This document shows, piece by piece, positions 1 to 12,884 of a stretch of 64,000 nt of DNA. Source of the stretch: Phoronis australis (taxonomy: Eukaryota > Animalia > Phoronida); the NCBI GenBank assembly GCA_002633005.1, contig NMRA01000235.1:48127-112126 (forward strand). The letters run 5' to 3'. The position numbers were made by a program, and so were the translations under genes. Positions within the stretch are counted from its first letter, which is position 1; every line of letters starts with the position of its first letter. The notes beneath the pieces are model-generated. The model made no database searches, was not told the DNA's origin, and worked only from the letters and a program-made list of their open reading frames with translations.

Positions 1-918
1 AAGTCTAGTCTGGCTCAAGTCTATCCGAGTTCACGGCCGGACTCGCGCTTGTTTTATGTTCAGGTTAAGATGAGCCTAGTCGCGGTTGTTCATTGTTCAG
101 GTTAAGACAAGCTTGTGCAGACTATAGGGATTGTGTGCCGTGGGTCGAGGAGGTCGAGGATCGTGGGTTGAGGGGGCGTGGTTCGAGGGGTCATGGTTCG
201 AAGGAGTCGCGGGTCGAGCGAGTCGTGGGGTGCTCGGGTCCAGGATGTCGAGTTGGTTTTAGAATAATCCGAAAGTTATGTATCCAAGGCAAAATTTTAA
301 GCGATATTCAATCCGTGGTTTCGTAAAACAAACTTGCATAATTTAACGTTATACAATGGATCTTGCAGTGTCCCTTTGTGTCAACGTGCTCTTTGGGATC
401 TTTATGACCGGAAAACAGTATCTGCGTATTTCCCCGAAAAAAAACTTGCGAATTTCCTGCCCGTGCATCCATTTTGACTGAGGAGGAAACTCAAATCAAT
501 TTCATAACAGTAGTAAATGACCTAAATGACAACATGGTTTTGTAAAACAGTGCACTGGTTTAACGCAACTCTTTTGTATAGACAGTATCCTCAATCGTAC
601 TAGCGAACAAATCCAAAGTACGTTCATCAGGTACCAAGCGTTAGCACACCTGCTGTCTGCTGTTTTTCACTCAGTTAATATTTACATGCGTTTGCCAGGT
701 ATATTATTACTTTTCTATTGTCAAAACATGGTAGAAAACACAAGAATAATAAAACTAGGGTGAGCTTGCATACCCCAAAGAGCGTGATGCAGAAACATGA
801 AAACCGTTTCGTCTATATATCAAAAGAGCCAGAACGTCTAGTATGTACAGTGAAGCACACGTGGCACTAAAACACTATTCTTCCATTGGAAATCGCGGAA
901 TGAATGAAATCTCATTAC

Positions 919-1191
919 CTGGGGCCGAGACCGAGACCCAGTTTCGCCAACCACCACCGCAGACTTGTTTCGAGTTCCCGGGGCACGGATCATCGCACTC
1001 CTCATCTGGTTTCTTCGAATATGACCCATATCGATTACCGCACCAGCACTCATCACCGTCTTGCGTCCCGGCAAAGGAGTAGCCTATGTTTCCGCAAAAC
1101 TTTCGGCACTTGTCGTTCGTGTTGGAGGACAAAGTGTATGCGTAATATCTCAGATCTCGAACCCAGTCGTCACCAAAACAGCCAGGCAAAG
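919..1191 (-). CDS. Internal exon encoding one WSC carbohydrate-binding domain; gene continues beyond the exon
   Basis: Translation ALPGCFGDDWVRDL...CRKFCGNIGYSFAGTQDGDECWCGN...CDDPCPGNSKQVCGGGW has the 8-Cys WSC pattern. Bounded on the minus strand by CTCCAG acceptor and GTAATG donor; 273 nt, symmetric phase 1-1. Confidence 0.85.
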
Positions 1192-2327
1192 CTGGAGTGT
1201 AAAAATGCTTATTATCCAAATTCAGATTCAAAAAGATTCAGAAAACAGAATTTGTCCTTCTCTAAGTTTTTAAGTCAAGTTTGTGGTGCAGTTTTTTCTA
1301 TCCGCTTACTTTTCGAAAAAAAATCAACATGCTACAAGTAAAATACCAGGAATTAGGTTTATATGTCATCCGTACGCAAATCATAACGTTTCACACCTTT
1401 TCTGCACGTGTATGCCATTCTTTGAGCAGTTTTACAGAAAAAAAAGAAAACACAAACACTTTTCTAGAAATCAATGGAAACTGTCATGTGCATGAATGCT
1501 TTGCCAACATTTCAGAGCAGTACAAGCAAATGAGACGACCACAAGACGTCCCCAGGGCTTGTAATGACGATGTCACACTTCCAACCCACTGAAACATCCT
1601 CAGTTTGACAAAAGCTGTAAAACCAAAAATATAAAATCTAAGTGATGTGTGCGCGCCTATGGCACAACCCAGAGTGGAAAAAGTTTAACTGGGCCCGGTT
1701 GCATAAAAGTCTGTACAACCATACATTATTGACAACAGATTCGCAACTCCTTCATGAAAATACACACTCAGCTTGTGTTCCTTGCAATCGCAGTTCTACG
1801 ATTTCGTAAGTGGTTTGGTGGTCCCCAGCTCAACTAAATGCGCATTAGTTTTTCAACAGGCTACAACTACATCGAATAAGTATCCAGGCAAAACACTGCG
1901 TCGCCGTTATGAAAAATAACTCTTTTAGCAACAAAATTGTTTAGCCAAATTTTAGAACGACTAAGTCATTGGGTTACTACAGTAACGTGGATGTTAAGTA
2001 ATCTGTGTTGCCAACCATATGTGAAACTTGCGACGACAAATAACGAATCATCTTTCCTGAATACGTTTAGCGTGTATTTGTTTCGCCTGTTTGTCATTTG
2101 GCAATTCGTGTATGGGAGTATTTTACACACAAATACCCCCAGGATATCCATATTTATTCTCTAAGTTATACTTCTTAGTGTTATGTCTCACCACAACAAC
2201 ATTTTAATCTAATATTGCTTTTTGTTTCTAGAAGGATTTCGAGAGCAAATCACATAACGTTTTACGCACATAACAAAACTGAACTGGTCACCTCAAGCAA
2301 TAAACATATATACTTGTATATGCTCAC

Positions 2328-2500
2328 GTGGTACAAATGAATTCATAACCCGGACCTTTCCATCACCGCCACACTTCTGCTTCCTTCCTTTCGTGTAGAT
2401 GAGTGTCTTGGGAGACTCTCCAAAGCTGGTTCCGCACCAGCATTTAGAGTATATAATGCCCACCAGTTTCTAGAGCATACATGTATGGAAGATCTTAAAC
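2328..2500 (-). pseudogene. Degenerate second WSC-type exon
   Basis: Minus strand reads SKCWCGTSFGE...QKCGGDGKVRVMNSFVP followed by a phase-1 GTGAGC donor. A DLPYMYAL segment lies upstream in a different frame with stops, and the central Cys residues are missing. Confidence 0.5.
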
Positions 2501-3399
2501 ATTATAAAGTTTCCCGATAGTAATCCCCAGGGCCGATGTTTGTAATACGACAAAGCATAGTTTTCCAGATTTTACCATTTAAGCCCTGGCTTCTATTAGG
2601 GGAATGGTACAGGTGTATATAAACGAAAAATATTTGTGAACACCTTGCTGAATGGGTGAAGGTGAGGGAGGCGTGGTTAAGAGGTCTCAAGTTAGGTAGT
2701 AACCAAATCGGACATCGCTGTCCACAGTGAATAAACACCGGTACACACGACAACGTCCATTAGGACTAGGTGCTGCAATAAACGCTGGTTGGATACACAA
2801 AATGTAAGTCTTAACTGGACTTAAGACTTTTAGGCAATGTTTTGCTAGCTACTTAGTAGTAACTATATGTTTGTTGTTTAGCTTCTGTGACACGTGTATG
2901 TGATTGACCTGGATACGATACCAGCTACGTCGGTTTACTTCTTCTGATGGTCGGGGTTTTCAAAGGTACACTGTTTGCCATCACGCTCAATTCAGAATTC
3001 ATACATGTTCAGAATATGACCGGTTTTGCTTATTTCAACCAGTTCTCGTTCTATCCCTCCTAAATAATCATTGCCCTCAAACGTGAAAAATGAAAGCAGG
3101 AATAAATTAAGACCTGATAGGCCTACTCCCTGTGTCACAGTGTGCATTTTGGTGCTTGGTAGGTGGCGTTCTTTTCAGTAAAAGGGAGGGGGTGATCGAG
3201 TCCCCCAACGGGTTGATTTCAGTTTGGCCTACTCCATATTTTGTCGACCTTACTTTCCTCCTGCCCTCCATTCCTGCCGTTTTACCTCAACCTGCAGACT
3301 TCTCACTTGCATCTTCCGCCAACAGTTTCACCGCTGTGTATCGCTTTTAAGCGGAACGTGGCAGTTCAGAGAAAATAATTTTGGTTGGACCAGCTACAC

Positions 3400-4965
3400 A
3401 AAAGATGTATGACTTCAAAACTTTTCTTGCAAACGATGACAACAAAAAGCAACTCTCTCAACTGTTACTGCCTGTCTGGAGTGTGTGAAGGCAGTTTCCA
3501 GGTAGAAGAAAACCGAGATGGCCATCCTGATTGTAGACGGGCATACAATGGCGATGAAGTCCATATTTTATTTTCTGAACAGAACTTTCTGATTATTTCT
3601 TACTTAAGTAATTTGCGATGCCATAATGTAATAATAAAAGTGATTTGATGTTCATAATCAGGAGATCCCACATATCTGCAGTAACCAATAAGAGACTGAC
3701 TTAAGAATTGTTTTGTACCTCCAGTACGCTGCCTCACTTGGTACAGAAACGACGTCGTAAGAATCCCTGACACTGATGTCTTTGTCATTCTGGTGCAGGC
3801 ATGCTATAAAATTGACTTTATATCTAGATACAGGTTCTGTAAAACATCCGCAACTACTGAATCTCTCCGACCTAGCAAAATCCTTAGGAAAAGACTACTG
3901 TGAAGCTCTACCTGGATTTTACGTATACACTGGAGAAGATTGCATCAGTGCGTTTAAATGTAAAGGAAAGGTTGGCCCCTTAAAAAGCTAGAAAAGAATA
4001 AAAAATTTCACCGTGCATTCAGCCAACGTGACGTTAATTAGGATGTGAGTTGGATGAGTTCAACTGCCTCATGTACGGCCAGAGTCGTGAGTCATCGAAA
4101 GATGCTACTCGTGCCAAGATGTTACGTAAAAGGGTAAGTGAAGATGAAATCCTCACAAGTCCAAGATTGACCTTGCTCGACTTCCCTCGTGCCAGTCTGC
4201 ACTGAAACCTCACATCCAACGACTAAGTCACCGTATCACTTTGTACAAGGGTGCTTGCGAATATATTAATGAGCAGCCAAAACCTTGTGACGAAGGACAA
4301 GGGTGGATGTGGACTGACGAAAGAGTGTTACAACCTGTGTGGTCGTGTTGGGCTATCTTACTAAACTCACTGATTGATTTCTTGCTCACCAATGTTTGTG
4401 AAGTGGACTCAGGAGAGGAAAGTGGAGGGTTGTATGGAAGTTTCACGGAAAGCAATGAAAGTGACATGGAGTCTTAGAACATGTAATCAGTGATATCAAC
4501 ACCTAATGATTGTCCATATTTCTGCAACCATTTTCCGGCGTTTTTTTCTTTAGAATATTTAAAACTTTTAGTTGAAATTTGGCTCATTAAAGAGCTTATT
4601 ACATAAACACTGAAAGTTGCACATTCAGTGTTTGTATTGGCTTATGTACATTTTCAGTGTTAGTAACCGTATAATACAAATTAGATGTAATAGATTATGA
4701 AGAAATTTATTCCATCGTAATGCTTGTTCCTCAAAATATCGGTTTTGACACTTGATTTTTGCATTAAAAGAATAAGAAAGTGTGATATCATAAAATAACG
4801 AAAAATCGGTAATGGCGGCAGTAATTTGCATAAACACGCACGTGGGACACTTTTTCTTGTTAACATGTTTTTTTGGTTTTCACACATATTTTTCTTTGTG
4901 AAAATGCAACTTTAAAGTAGAAGTCCGGGGGGTGCACGGGGGCCATTTTTTCGACTCGACTACTA
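3400..4965 (+). mobile_element. Decayed Academ(X)-like DNA transposon: XPG/FEN1-type nuclease region plus probable right end
   Basis: Frameshifted motifs occur in the expected order: CSNQ*ETDLR, IPDTDVFVIL, ALPGFYVYTGEDCISAFKCKGK (H3TH-like), RLPSCQSALKPHIQR, GQGW..LQPVWS, acidic tail. Ends in ...GACTCGACTACTA at 4965. Superfamily assignment is from recalled motif knowledge. Confidence 0.6.
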
Positions 4966-5789
4966 AGTTTATTAGCCGCTCGTGGAAGTATTTCTGGGAC
5001 AACGATGGCGAACTCAGAATGCGCTATTCAAGACCTCCAGCGTTTTTACGACACTTTCCGTTTTCAATCACCAGACTTCAGCAAGAGCAAAATTCTTGGA
5101 AAGTAGTGCTATCACTGAAGAGGCCACCTTCATTTTAAGTATCACAATAATAAATAAATAAATAAATAAATTCGCGTGTACATGCAGGGAATAAGATTGT
5201 GAACTGTTAACACTTATTGAATATTTAACTACGAGAGAGTTGTCATGCAAATTTTCCAGACGGACTTATCAGGAACTGATCCACTGGCAGCCTAACAAAT
5301 TTCCATGCCGTCTGATCTGCTCGCCTAAAAATTTTGACCGATTAGATCAGTTGATGCAACTGAAAATAAGTTCGCTGATATACATGCACCACTGCAGTGA
5401 TTGAAATTTAATTTCTTGAATCAGACGCTCGTACCATAGTCAATCGATTTACACAGTGGCTTCCCCTGTCCTCAATTTACGACGGGGACGCTGGCCACAA
5501 CTGCAGCTTCCTATATAATTAATGTTTACGAAAAACTGGAGAAGAGGTTCCCCCATGTCCCTGCATTACGGCGGAGAATGACGGGGAGATGAAGTGTGAG
5601 TAAGACTACTGCGATTCTCAAACATCTTTGTAGTGCCGTTTCCATTGCTGCTGTTGCGACTAGGGAATTATTTTCAATACCTGGCGTGGCTGTCCATGTC
5701 GGTGCTACTGTTGAACCTGGTATGTTATTTACAGCAGTGCTGCAGTACCTGAAGCAGCTCATGATTATGTAGGTGGTGTTTTGGATGAT

Positions 5790-5839
5790 GTTGCTGCTAC
5801 TGCTGCTGCTGCTGCTGCTTCTGTCGATGCTACTGCTGC
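5790..5839. repeat. (CTG)n microsatellite
   Basis: tgctgctactgctgctgctgctgctgc run; explains the poly-S and poly-L ORFs in the track. Confidence 0.85.
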
Positions 5840-5841
5840 CT

Positions 5842-5976
5842 GGGACGCGCAGCATTGAAACAAGTGGGGCTACAGCCCCTCAATCCCCGTGTGGTGCACT
5901 ACCCATAGACCATGGGCTGCGCAGCACTGAAAGAAGTGGGGGCTATAGTCCCCAGCCCCTATGGTGCACCGTCCAC
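5842..5976. mobile_element. Dimer of ~65-bp GC-rich mini inverted-repeat element (CATGGGCGGCGCA...TGCGCCGCCCATG family)
   Basis: Two degenerate units gcagcactgaaa..gtgggggctatag.cccc.agcccctatggtgc; same family as 19300-19439, 50362-50427 and 51116-51849. Confidence 0.6.
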
Positions 5977-7540
5977 GTGCTGTTGAAAGTGCGCTACTGT
6001 TGTGGATGCAATGCTTTCGCCACAAAATAAATTTACTCGAGATTTTATGGATACCAAGTCCAGACGTGGGCATAATTTTCGCAGACACGCGTTTTAAGGC
6101 ACAGTAATCCCGACAAACGCTGACATTTAGAAACCAGGTATGAAAATGTCCGTACCTTGAAATCCCTTCCACACCTGAGTCTACATAACTCGTGGGGCTC
6201 TTCTTTCGTCTTGGTGTTCCATGATATGTCGATTAGGTTATTCCTGTAACATCCATGAATTGTTCTTGGATGTACCCAATATTCTTGTTTCCCTGTGGGA
6301 TATGGCAGATGGTTACTCCAAATCTTGGTTCATTTGCTTGTTGGTGCTGTGTATTTTAGTCAATTTTTCCATCGAAACGTGTCAATTATCTTGTGGAAAC
6401 ACAATTTACCAAATATGTTTCATCTTAATGGCTCTGTTATCAACTGTTTACTTGGGGAAATGAAATTTCTACAAGCGTGTTGCTTTTTTGCCGTTTTTTT
6501 TTGTAGAATTTATATCTCATCTTCGTAAAACAACAAGTGTTTTGCTAATGGGTCGGAAACTCTTATTTTTGGTTGAACTCGAGCGCAAAATGGCGATTCG
6601 GCTGCCATTTTCCATTCCTTAATTTGCTGAGCCATAGCTCTGCTGTCTCTGTTTTGAATCATGGTACGTGAATAGACATTTTTCACTGCCATCATGATTA
6701 AGCAATGTTGGTGCAATACACTGTATCTGTAGAGTCTCGTAGTGGACCTTTCTGATGTTTGGCACACACATGCAAATAGATATTATGCAGTGCTAACTGC
6801 TCTGCTCTAGTCGTTTCTCGCTTCCACTAAACATTCTCAACAGGGCTCTTATTGGTAACGAGGAGTTAGATGTTTTTGTTTGAAATCAGACGCCCGATGG
6901 ACCTCGGCCTACAAATGTTTCGTTTGCTGTGCTGTGGATCTGCTGTCTCCGTATGGATTTATCTTACGTTTTATCTATTAAGAGCACTTGAAGAGCTTTC
7001 GAAAGTGAGCCATCCGTCATTGTGTCAAGCGCTATCTGAGTATTTACGCCTGTTTCTCGCTGCATTACTTACAGAGTTGTTCGTGTGATGGCTGTCCTTT
7101 TTGACTAATTCCTCTTTGCATTTTTTGGTCCACAAACAAGTAAGTTGCGCTACAGGTGGCATTATTGGGAATAATAATTCAATACACCTGTAACATGGTA
7201 TTGCTCGTGAAAAACGCTTAGCTTTTCATACTGAAACCTTGAAGTTCATTCACGAAACTGTTAGACCATTAGACATCTTCTAGTTCTACAAAAAGTTCCA
7301 AAGATGGTTTTGGCTCCCAATTTCTGTACAAAAGTTATTACATAATTAGTAATTACTAGGCGTCAATACGGAAGCGTTTTTCATACTTTAACGCGTACTA
7401 CTTTTGATGAGCTTGGTTTCCATACATTTACAGGCTTTCTACCATTATTTCATTCATTTTTTATCTTTAGGTGTGCAGGTTGATGTGGAATTTGAGTGTG
7501 ACCATTGAAACCGTCACTTTTCTTCTGCGGACTTCGAAGC

Positions 7541-8751
7541 CTGTTTAAGGAATGGTTCACCGCAGGGGGGACCACAAACTATCTGTTAAGGATTGGTTCA
7601 CCGCAGGGTGACCACACACTATCTGTTAAGGATTGGTTCACCGCAAGGTGACCACAAACTATCTGTTAAGGATTGGTTCACCGCAGGGTGACCACACACT
7701 ATCTGTTAAGGATTGGTTCACCGCAGGGCGACCACATACTATCTGTTAAGGATTGGTTCACCGCAAGGTGACCACACACTATCTGTTAAGGATTGGTTCA
7801 CTGCAGGGGGACCACAAACTATCTGTTAAGGATTGGTTCACCGCAGGGGGACCACAAACTATCTGTTAAGGATTGGTTCAACGCAGGGTGACCACACTAT
7901 CTGTTAAGGATTGGTTCACCGCAGGGGGGACCACAAACTCTCTGTTAAGGATTGGTTGACCGCAGGGTGACCACACACTATCTGTTAAGGATTGGTTCAC
8001 CGCAGAGTGACCACGCACTATCTGTTAAGGATTGGTTCACCGCAGGGTGATCACACGATATCTGTTAAGGATTGGTTCACCGCAGGGGGGACCACAAACT
8101 ATCTGTTAAGGATTGGTTCAACGCAGGGTGACCACACACCATCTGTTAAGGATTGGTTCACCGCAGGGTGACCACACACAATCTGTTAAGGATTGGTTCA
8201 CTGCAGGGGGACCACAAACTATCTGTTAAGGATTGGTTCACCGCAGGGTGACCACACACTATCTGTTAAGGATTGGTTCACCGCAGGGTGGACCACAAAC
8301 TCTCTGTTAAGGATTGGTTGACCGCAGGGTGACCACACACTATCTGTTAAGGATTGGTTCACCGCAGGGTGACCACACACTATCTGTTAAGGATTGGTTC
8401 ACCGCAGGGGGGACCACAAACTCTCTGTTAAGGATTGGTTCACCGCAGGGTGACCACACACTATCTGTTAAGGATTGGTTCACCGCAGGGTGACCACGCA
8501 CTATCTGTTAAGGATTGGTTCACCGCAGGGGGGACCACAAATTCTCTGTTAAGGATTGGTTCACCGCAGGGTGACCACACACTATCTGTTAAGGATTGGT
8601 TCACCGCAGGGTGACCACGCACTGTCTGTTAAGGATTGGTTCACCACAGGGTGACCACACACTATCTGTTAAGGATTGGTTCACCGCAGGGGGGAGCACA
8701 AACTATCTGTTAAGGATTGGTTCACGGCAGGGGGGACCACAAACTATCTGT
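7541..8751. repeat. Minisatellite, ~30 copies of a 40-bp unit TATCTGTTAAGGATTGGTTCACCGCAGGGTGACCACACAC
   Basis: Head-to-tail units of 38-42 bp with no unique spacers; two interleaved variants (GGGTGACCACACAC and GGGG(G)ACCACAAAC). Confidence 0.97.
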
Positions 8752-9165
8752 CGCCCATCTAGTCACCATTGTGTGAATTAATTTTTTCTTTCTTCGCTTG
8801 CACGCTACAGGTCATGTATATTATCCGATAGCAGTGGAATTTACAAACATATTTTGTCTCATAAGTATGCTCTTGGTTGATATTGAGACGACCATTTCCC
8901 ATGCTTGTGGTGGTGCTGAACCATATGCCGCTGTCCCTTGCTGTGATTGGACTCGTGTTTGTGGATAATTGGACAATCAGTCTTCGATGTGTCACATATT
9001 CTTGGACACTTGCCGTTACAGGGTTAGTGAGTGATGGTGAATCGATTTAACCTGCGTGCCGTAACTTCAATGTCTCTTAAACTTTTTGGATCCGATTAAC
9101 CCACCTTGCCATACTCTAGATGTCGTTGTCAAATTACTCTTATTATGGAGTAGTTTTCATTGCTT

Positions 9166-9294
9166 ATTTGTACTAAGGTTACAGTTGGCACTTTTCATTT
9201 GTACTAGGGTTACAGTTGGCACTTTTCATTTGTACTAGGGTTAAAGTTGGCACTTTTCATTTGTACTGGGGTTACAGTTGGCAGTTTTCATTTG
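9166..9294. repeat. 31-bp tandem repeat x4
   Basis: atttgtactagggttacagttggcacttttc repeated four times with 1-2 substitutions. Confidence 0.92.
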
Positions 9295-11122
9295 ATTACA
9301 TGAATTTTAGATACATGGTGTAGGTTATCAATAGCTCGGGGTTAATTTCTAAGTTTATGTTCTACACGCAGTAATGCACATTGAGGGCTACTGTACATGT
9401 TTCTTTTGTTTTCGTTTTGCAGACCTTTAGCTTGATATCCCCAGGGTGATTTTTTTATTTTTCCCATGTCGATATATATTTTGAAGAGCTTTTTGCATCA
9501 TTTATTCCGTAAGCTGTGAAATAATCTCCACAACTCATGCGCTTACAATAAATATCCGCCATATTTGCTATGCGCTTTTGAGACTAATACTAACCCCAGC
9601 CTACATGCAACTTTCATTTTTTATCATTGTTATTTAAGCATAGCTTACTAAATTACCATAATTTGCCTGCGTCTTATACCGTTTTAGATGAGTTTTATTA
9701 AGGTCCGGATATTTTGAGCATAATTCTCGTAATAGAATGTTTGGGTAAACGTCGTAAAGTTACGACGTTTGCTGTGAGTCTCAGATTATCAGTTTTATAG
9801 CGTTAATGACGGTAACAGTATGATAATATGGTGTTTAGGGTTGCCTTCCAAGAACAGAAAAATCTAAACAATTTACGTTAATGAAATTGTAACCAGGTAC
9901 GAAGTTATCAACATATAAACCAAATGGCGAAAGCAAATGAACACTTGCATGACAGTTGAAGATTGATCAGAATTACTGTACACCAAGTGGCGCGCAGGAC
10001 TGTGTGCAAGAACATCGCTGTAGATGGAACGACACCGGGACCACGTGGACTGGAAACAAAGTTTGGTCTCACAATTAGTTGTGTAGGTTCATTCAAACAC
10101 CTGACCTGCTTGAAATATTTCGATATCACCTGGCACTTGCGACTAGATAAACAGGGAGCTCAGACTAATGTCTAGGAAATCTCAGTTTACATTTTGAAAT
10201 AGACCATCGAATGAATATTTGATATGTTGTAAGTGGCTTTTTATTTAACGCGATTGAGAACTTTGACACGACCATGGTTATTTATCAATCTCACAACTCT
10301 CAAAGATGTGAATTTTGCTGAAAGACTCAGAGTAATTTAGTATAAACTCTAGAGCAGAGCAGGCTTATTTTTAACGACAAATCAAAGACCTTCTAACGTT
10401 ACAAATGTCGTTACAGGCGAAATGTAATCATCTGGTCAAGCTTATCAGAGAGAGCGCAAGGAAGCAACGAATATTTAATTTCTTCAGTAAAGACAGTTTG
10501 AAAGAACAAATTGTTGAATTAATAGATGTCTCAACATTGCATGGAGCATGTTATAAACGTGTATACAGCAGAAAGCAAACAATAAAAAATGTAAAATTAT
10601 GCACATTCACCTTCATAACGTACTCTCTCCCTAAGTTTTGTGGAATGTTGCCATTGGCAGCTGCTCGTGGAAAATTTTCCTAGATGACGACAGCGAGTTC
10701 ACAATTCGTTATTTCAGACCATGTTCTTACGTCACTTTCCGTTTTTAACCACCAGACTTTAGCCCGAGCACATTGGCATGTAGTTACTGTAAGTCTCATG
10801 AGAAAGTCATTCAGCGACGTGATATGATTATGCCTAGACACACGCCTAAGTAGACAATGATCATCGTCTCTATCCAGAGTAGCTGCTGACAGGGCCAGCA
10901 GAGGCGATGGTCATTGCCTAACGACTAAGAAGCCCTGGTTGTGGGTGGTCGATAGACTGAACAGACAGGAAACTTTTGCTGCGGCAAGTGACAAGATTCT
11001 TATAACGGTTGACGAATTCTGACATTTTGGATTTAGTTTAACCCAAATCGTATTTGCATTTTAAAAAAACAAGAAGCTCAGCAAAATAGACAATATTTAC
11101 ATTAGTGAAAGTAGAAACAACG

Positions 11123-11345
11123 ATTCAAGAAAACAACAACGGCTTTAAGACTTGAAATGTTTCGGTGTCATTTATTCAACACCATCCTCAGAAGTGATAA
11201 TACAGTGGCCACCTGTATCTGTGCTTCATTAGTTGTTGCTGGGCCTAGCTAGGTGGCCACTGTATTATCACTTCTCAGGAGGATGGTGTTGAATAAATGA
11301 CACCGAAACATGTCAAGTCTTAAAACCGTTGTTGTTTTCTTGAAT
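11123..11345. mobile_element. Long inverted repeat (~92-bp arms, 36-bp spacer); each arm carries a hammerhead-ribozyme-like core; probably Penelope pLTR-derived
   Basis: 11123-11214 is the near-perfect reverse complement of 11251-11345. Arm consensus: ACTT-CTGAGGA-T-GGTGTT-gaataaat-GACACC-GAAACATGTC-AAGT. Confidence 0.7.
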
Positions 11346-12884
11346 ATATGCTGCTACTTGCTATCATGGAGAATCAACGATGGTAGAAAGTGGAAATATT
11401 AAAATTCCGATAAATGTTGAGTGGGGGTACGTTCAGTCGATGTCAGGACAAATGTAACCCACCGTAACAGGTACAGTATACTTTGGTACGCGAGGTTTAT
11501 GGGAAGTGACCCTCAGAAGGGATTCATTTTCGCGGCAGTTTCGCCCCGAAATTGTACCTTTTGTGAGTTAGTTTCTCCAAAAGCCTTCTGTTCGGTGAAA
11601 TGTTATTTTTTCTGGAACACCGCTTTCGCAGAGTGAAAGATTCACAGAATCAATCTGCAAAAGAGTCCCCATTTTTTAATCCACGATGTTGTAAATGAGT
11701 GGGTATGCTATTCCCTAGCCTTGGTACAAAGCAGTATACTAAATATACAGCTTTGCACCGATGTGGGTAAAAAGTGGTAAGATAAAATCTAACACAAAAT
11801 TAGTGTCACTAAAAACTACAGTCTTCCTTGAGTAAACTAAATTATGTAACGGTGTTGGAAAAAATGTCGTTCTACCGTTATTCTCCTGCTAAGGTTGTGG
11901 AGCAATCTTTAGCGACAGCTTTCTGCTCCATGAAATATTGCGTCACCTATTGGCCAGTTTCTTTTTTCGCCGATTCTTCAATCAACTGTTCTTCTTACAC
12001 GAGGATGCGTACACGTCACAACAAATTATCTGAACTGGTTTCACTTCATTATAACTTTTAGATTTTTGATACTGAAAAACCGAATTCAGAAGAAATTTTG
12101 CTGCTGCCAAGCTATCATCCTCTCCCGAGCGATATCGCAAAAAATTAGGAAATAGCGCATACGCGTGACACGAACGTACTGTTTTAAAAAAGATGACATA
12201 CTTTTCATTGTTAGAAAAGGCGAAGAGTTACGCAAGAAAATGGCATCCATTGCATTGTTTTTCACTTAAACGGCTGTAACGGGCAAGGTGAGTGTCGGTT
12301 GATTCCCAGATTTTGTATGCACCCCGTCCGGTTTTTAGCTTTACATTTTGATACAACTTTCACGGCGCGATGACGAGCAGAACTACCCTAGCTGCGTGAA
12401 AGTTCGGTGTCTACGGAAGAAATACACACAGTGTTACCTAGCTGTATTTTGACTACAGTCTTCATACAGCTAGCTGGCTGGCTAGCCATCAGCTCTTTTA
12501 GAAGGCTGGCTATTGGCTTCTGTTTTTGTTGACAAATTAAGTTATTACATCCGAAAATTTCAAATTTCAGTTGATCCATTCTTGTTGTTTTATTTACCGA
12601 TTCCTATCTTATAGAATTTCGTTAGTACTAACACACTGAACATGAATTTCCTTCCCATTATTTGGGTTTATGTACATTTCAAAAATTTGTGAAAAGCTCT
12701 CCAATGGTCCTTTATTTGTGTAAAGAGCTAATTTCATGAATCCTTATTCTTTATCCAATAACATCTCCTCAAAACTTACCCAAGTTTGTATTCGGAATGC
12801 GAGATTATTTGTAATGCGTTGGACGCAAACGTGATTCGGTCATCGCGCGTTTTATTACGTTTTTTTAGTCAGGCAATTTGTGAC

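Noticed and set aside
93-326. Arg/Gly-rich ORF
   Set aside because: Derived from degenerate ggtcgag short repeats, probably a repeat-element end.
5526-6030. Signal-peptide-like poly-Leu ORF and poly-Ser ORF
   Set aside because: Produced by a CTG microsatellite and an adjacent mini-element.
7541-8751. CRISPR array
   Set aside because: Units abut with no unique spacers, there are no cas genes, and the context is eukaryotic; it is a minisatellite despite the hairpin.
12518-12601. Conserved element or small ORF shared with 43425-43508
   Set aside because: An ~83-bp AT-rich dispersed repeat fragment; the matching MDQLKFEIFGCNN ORFs diverge immediately afterwards.
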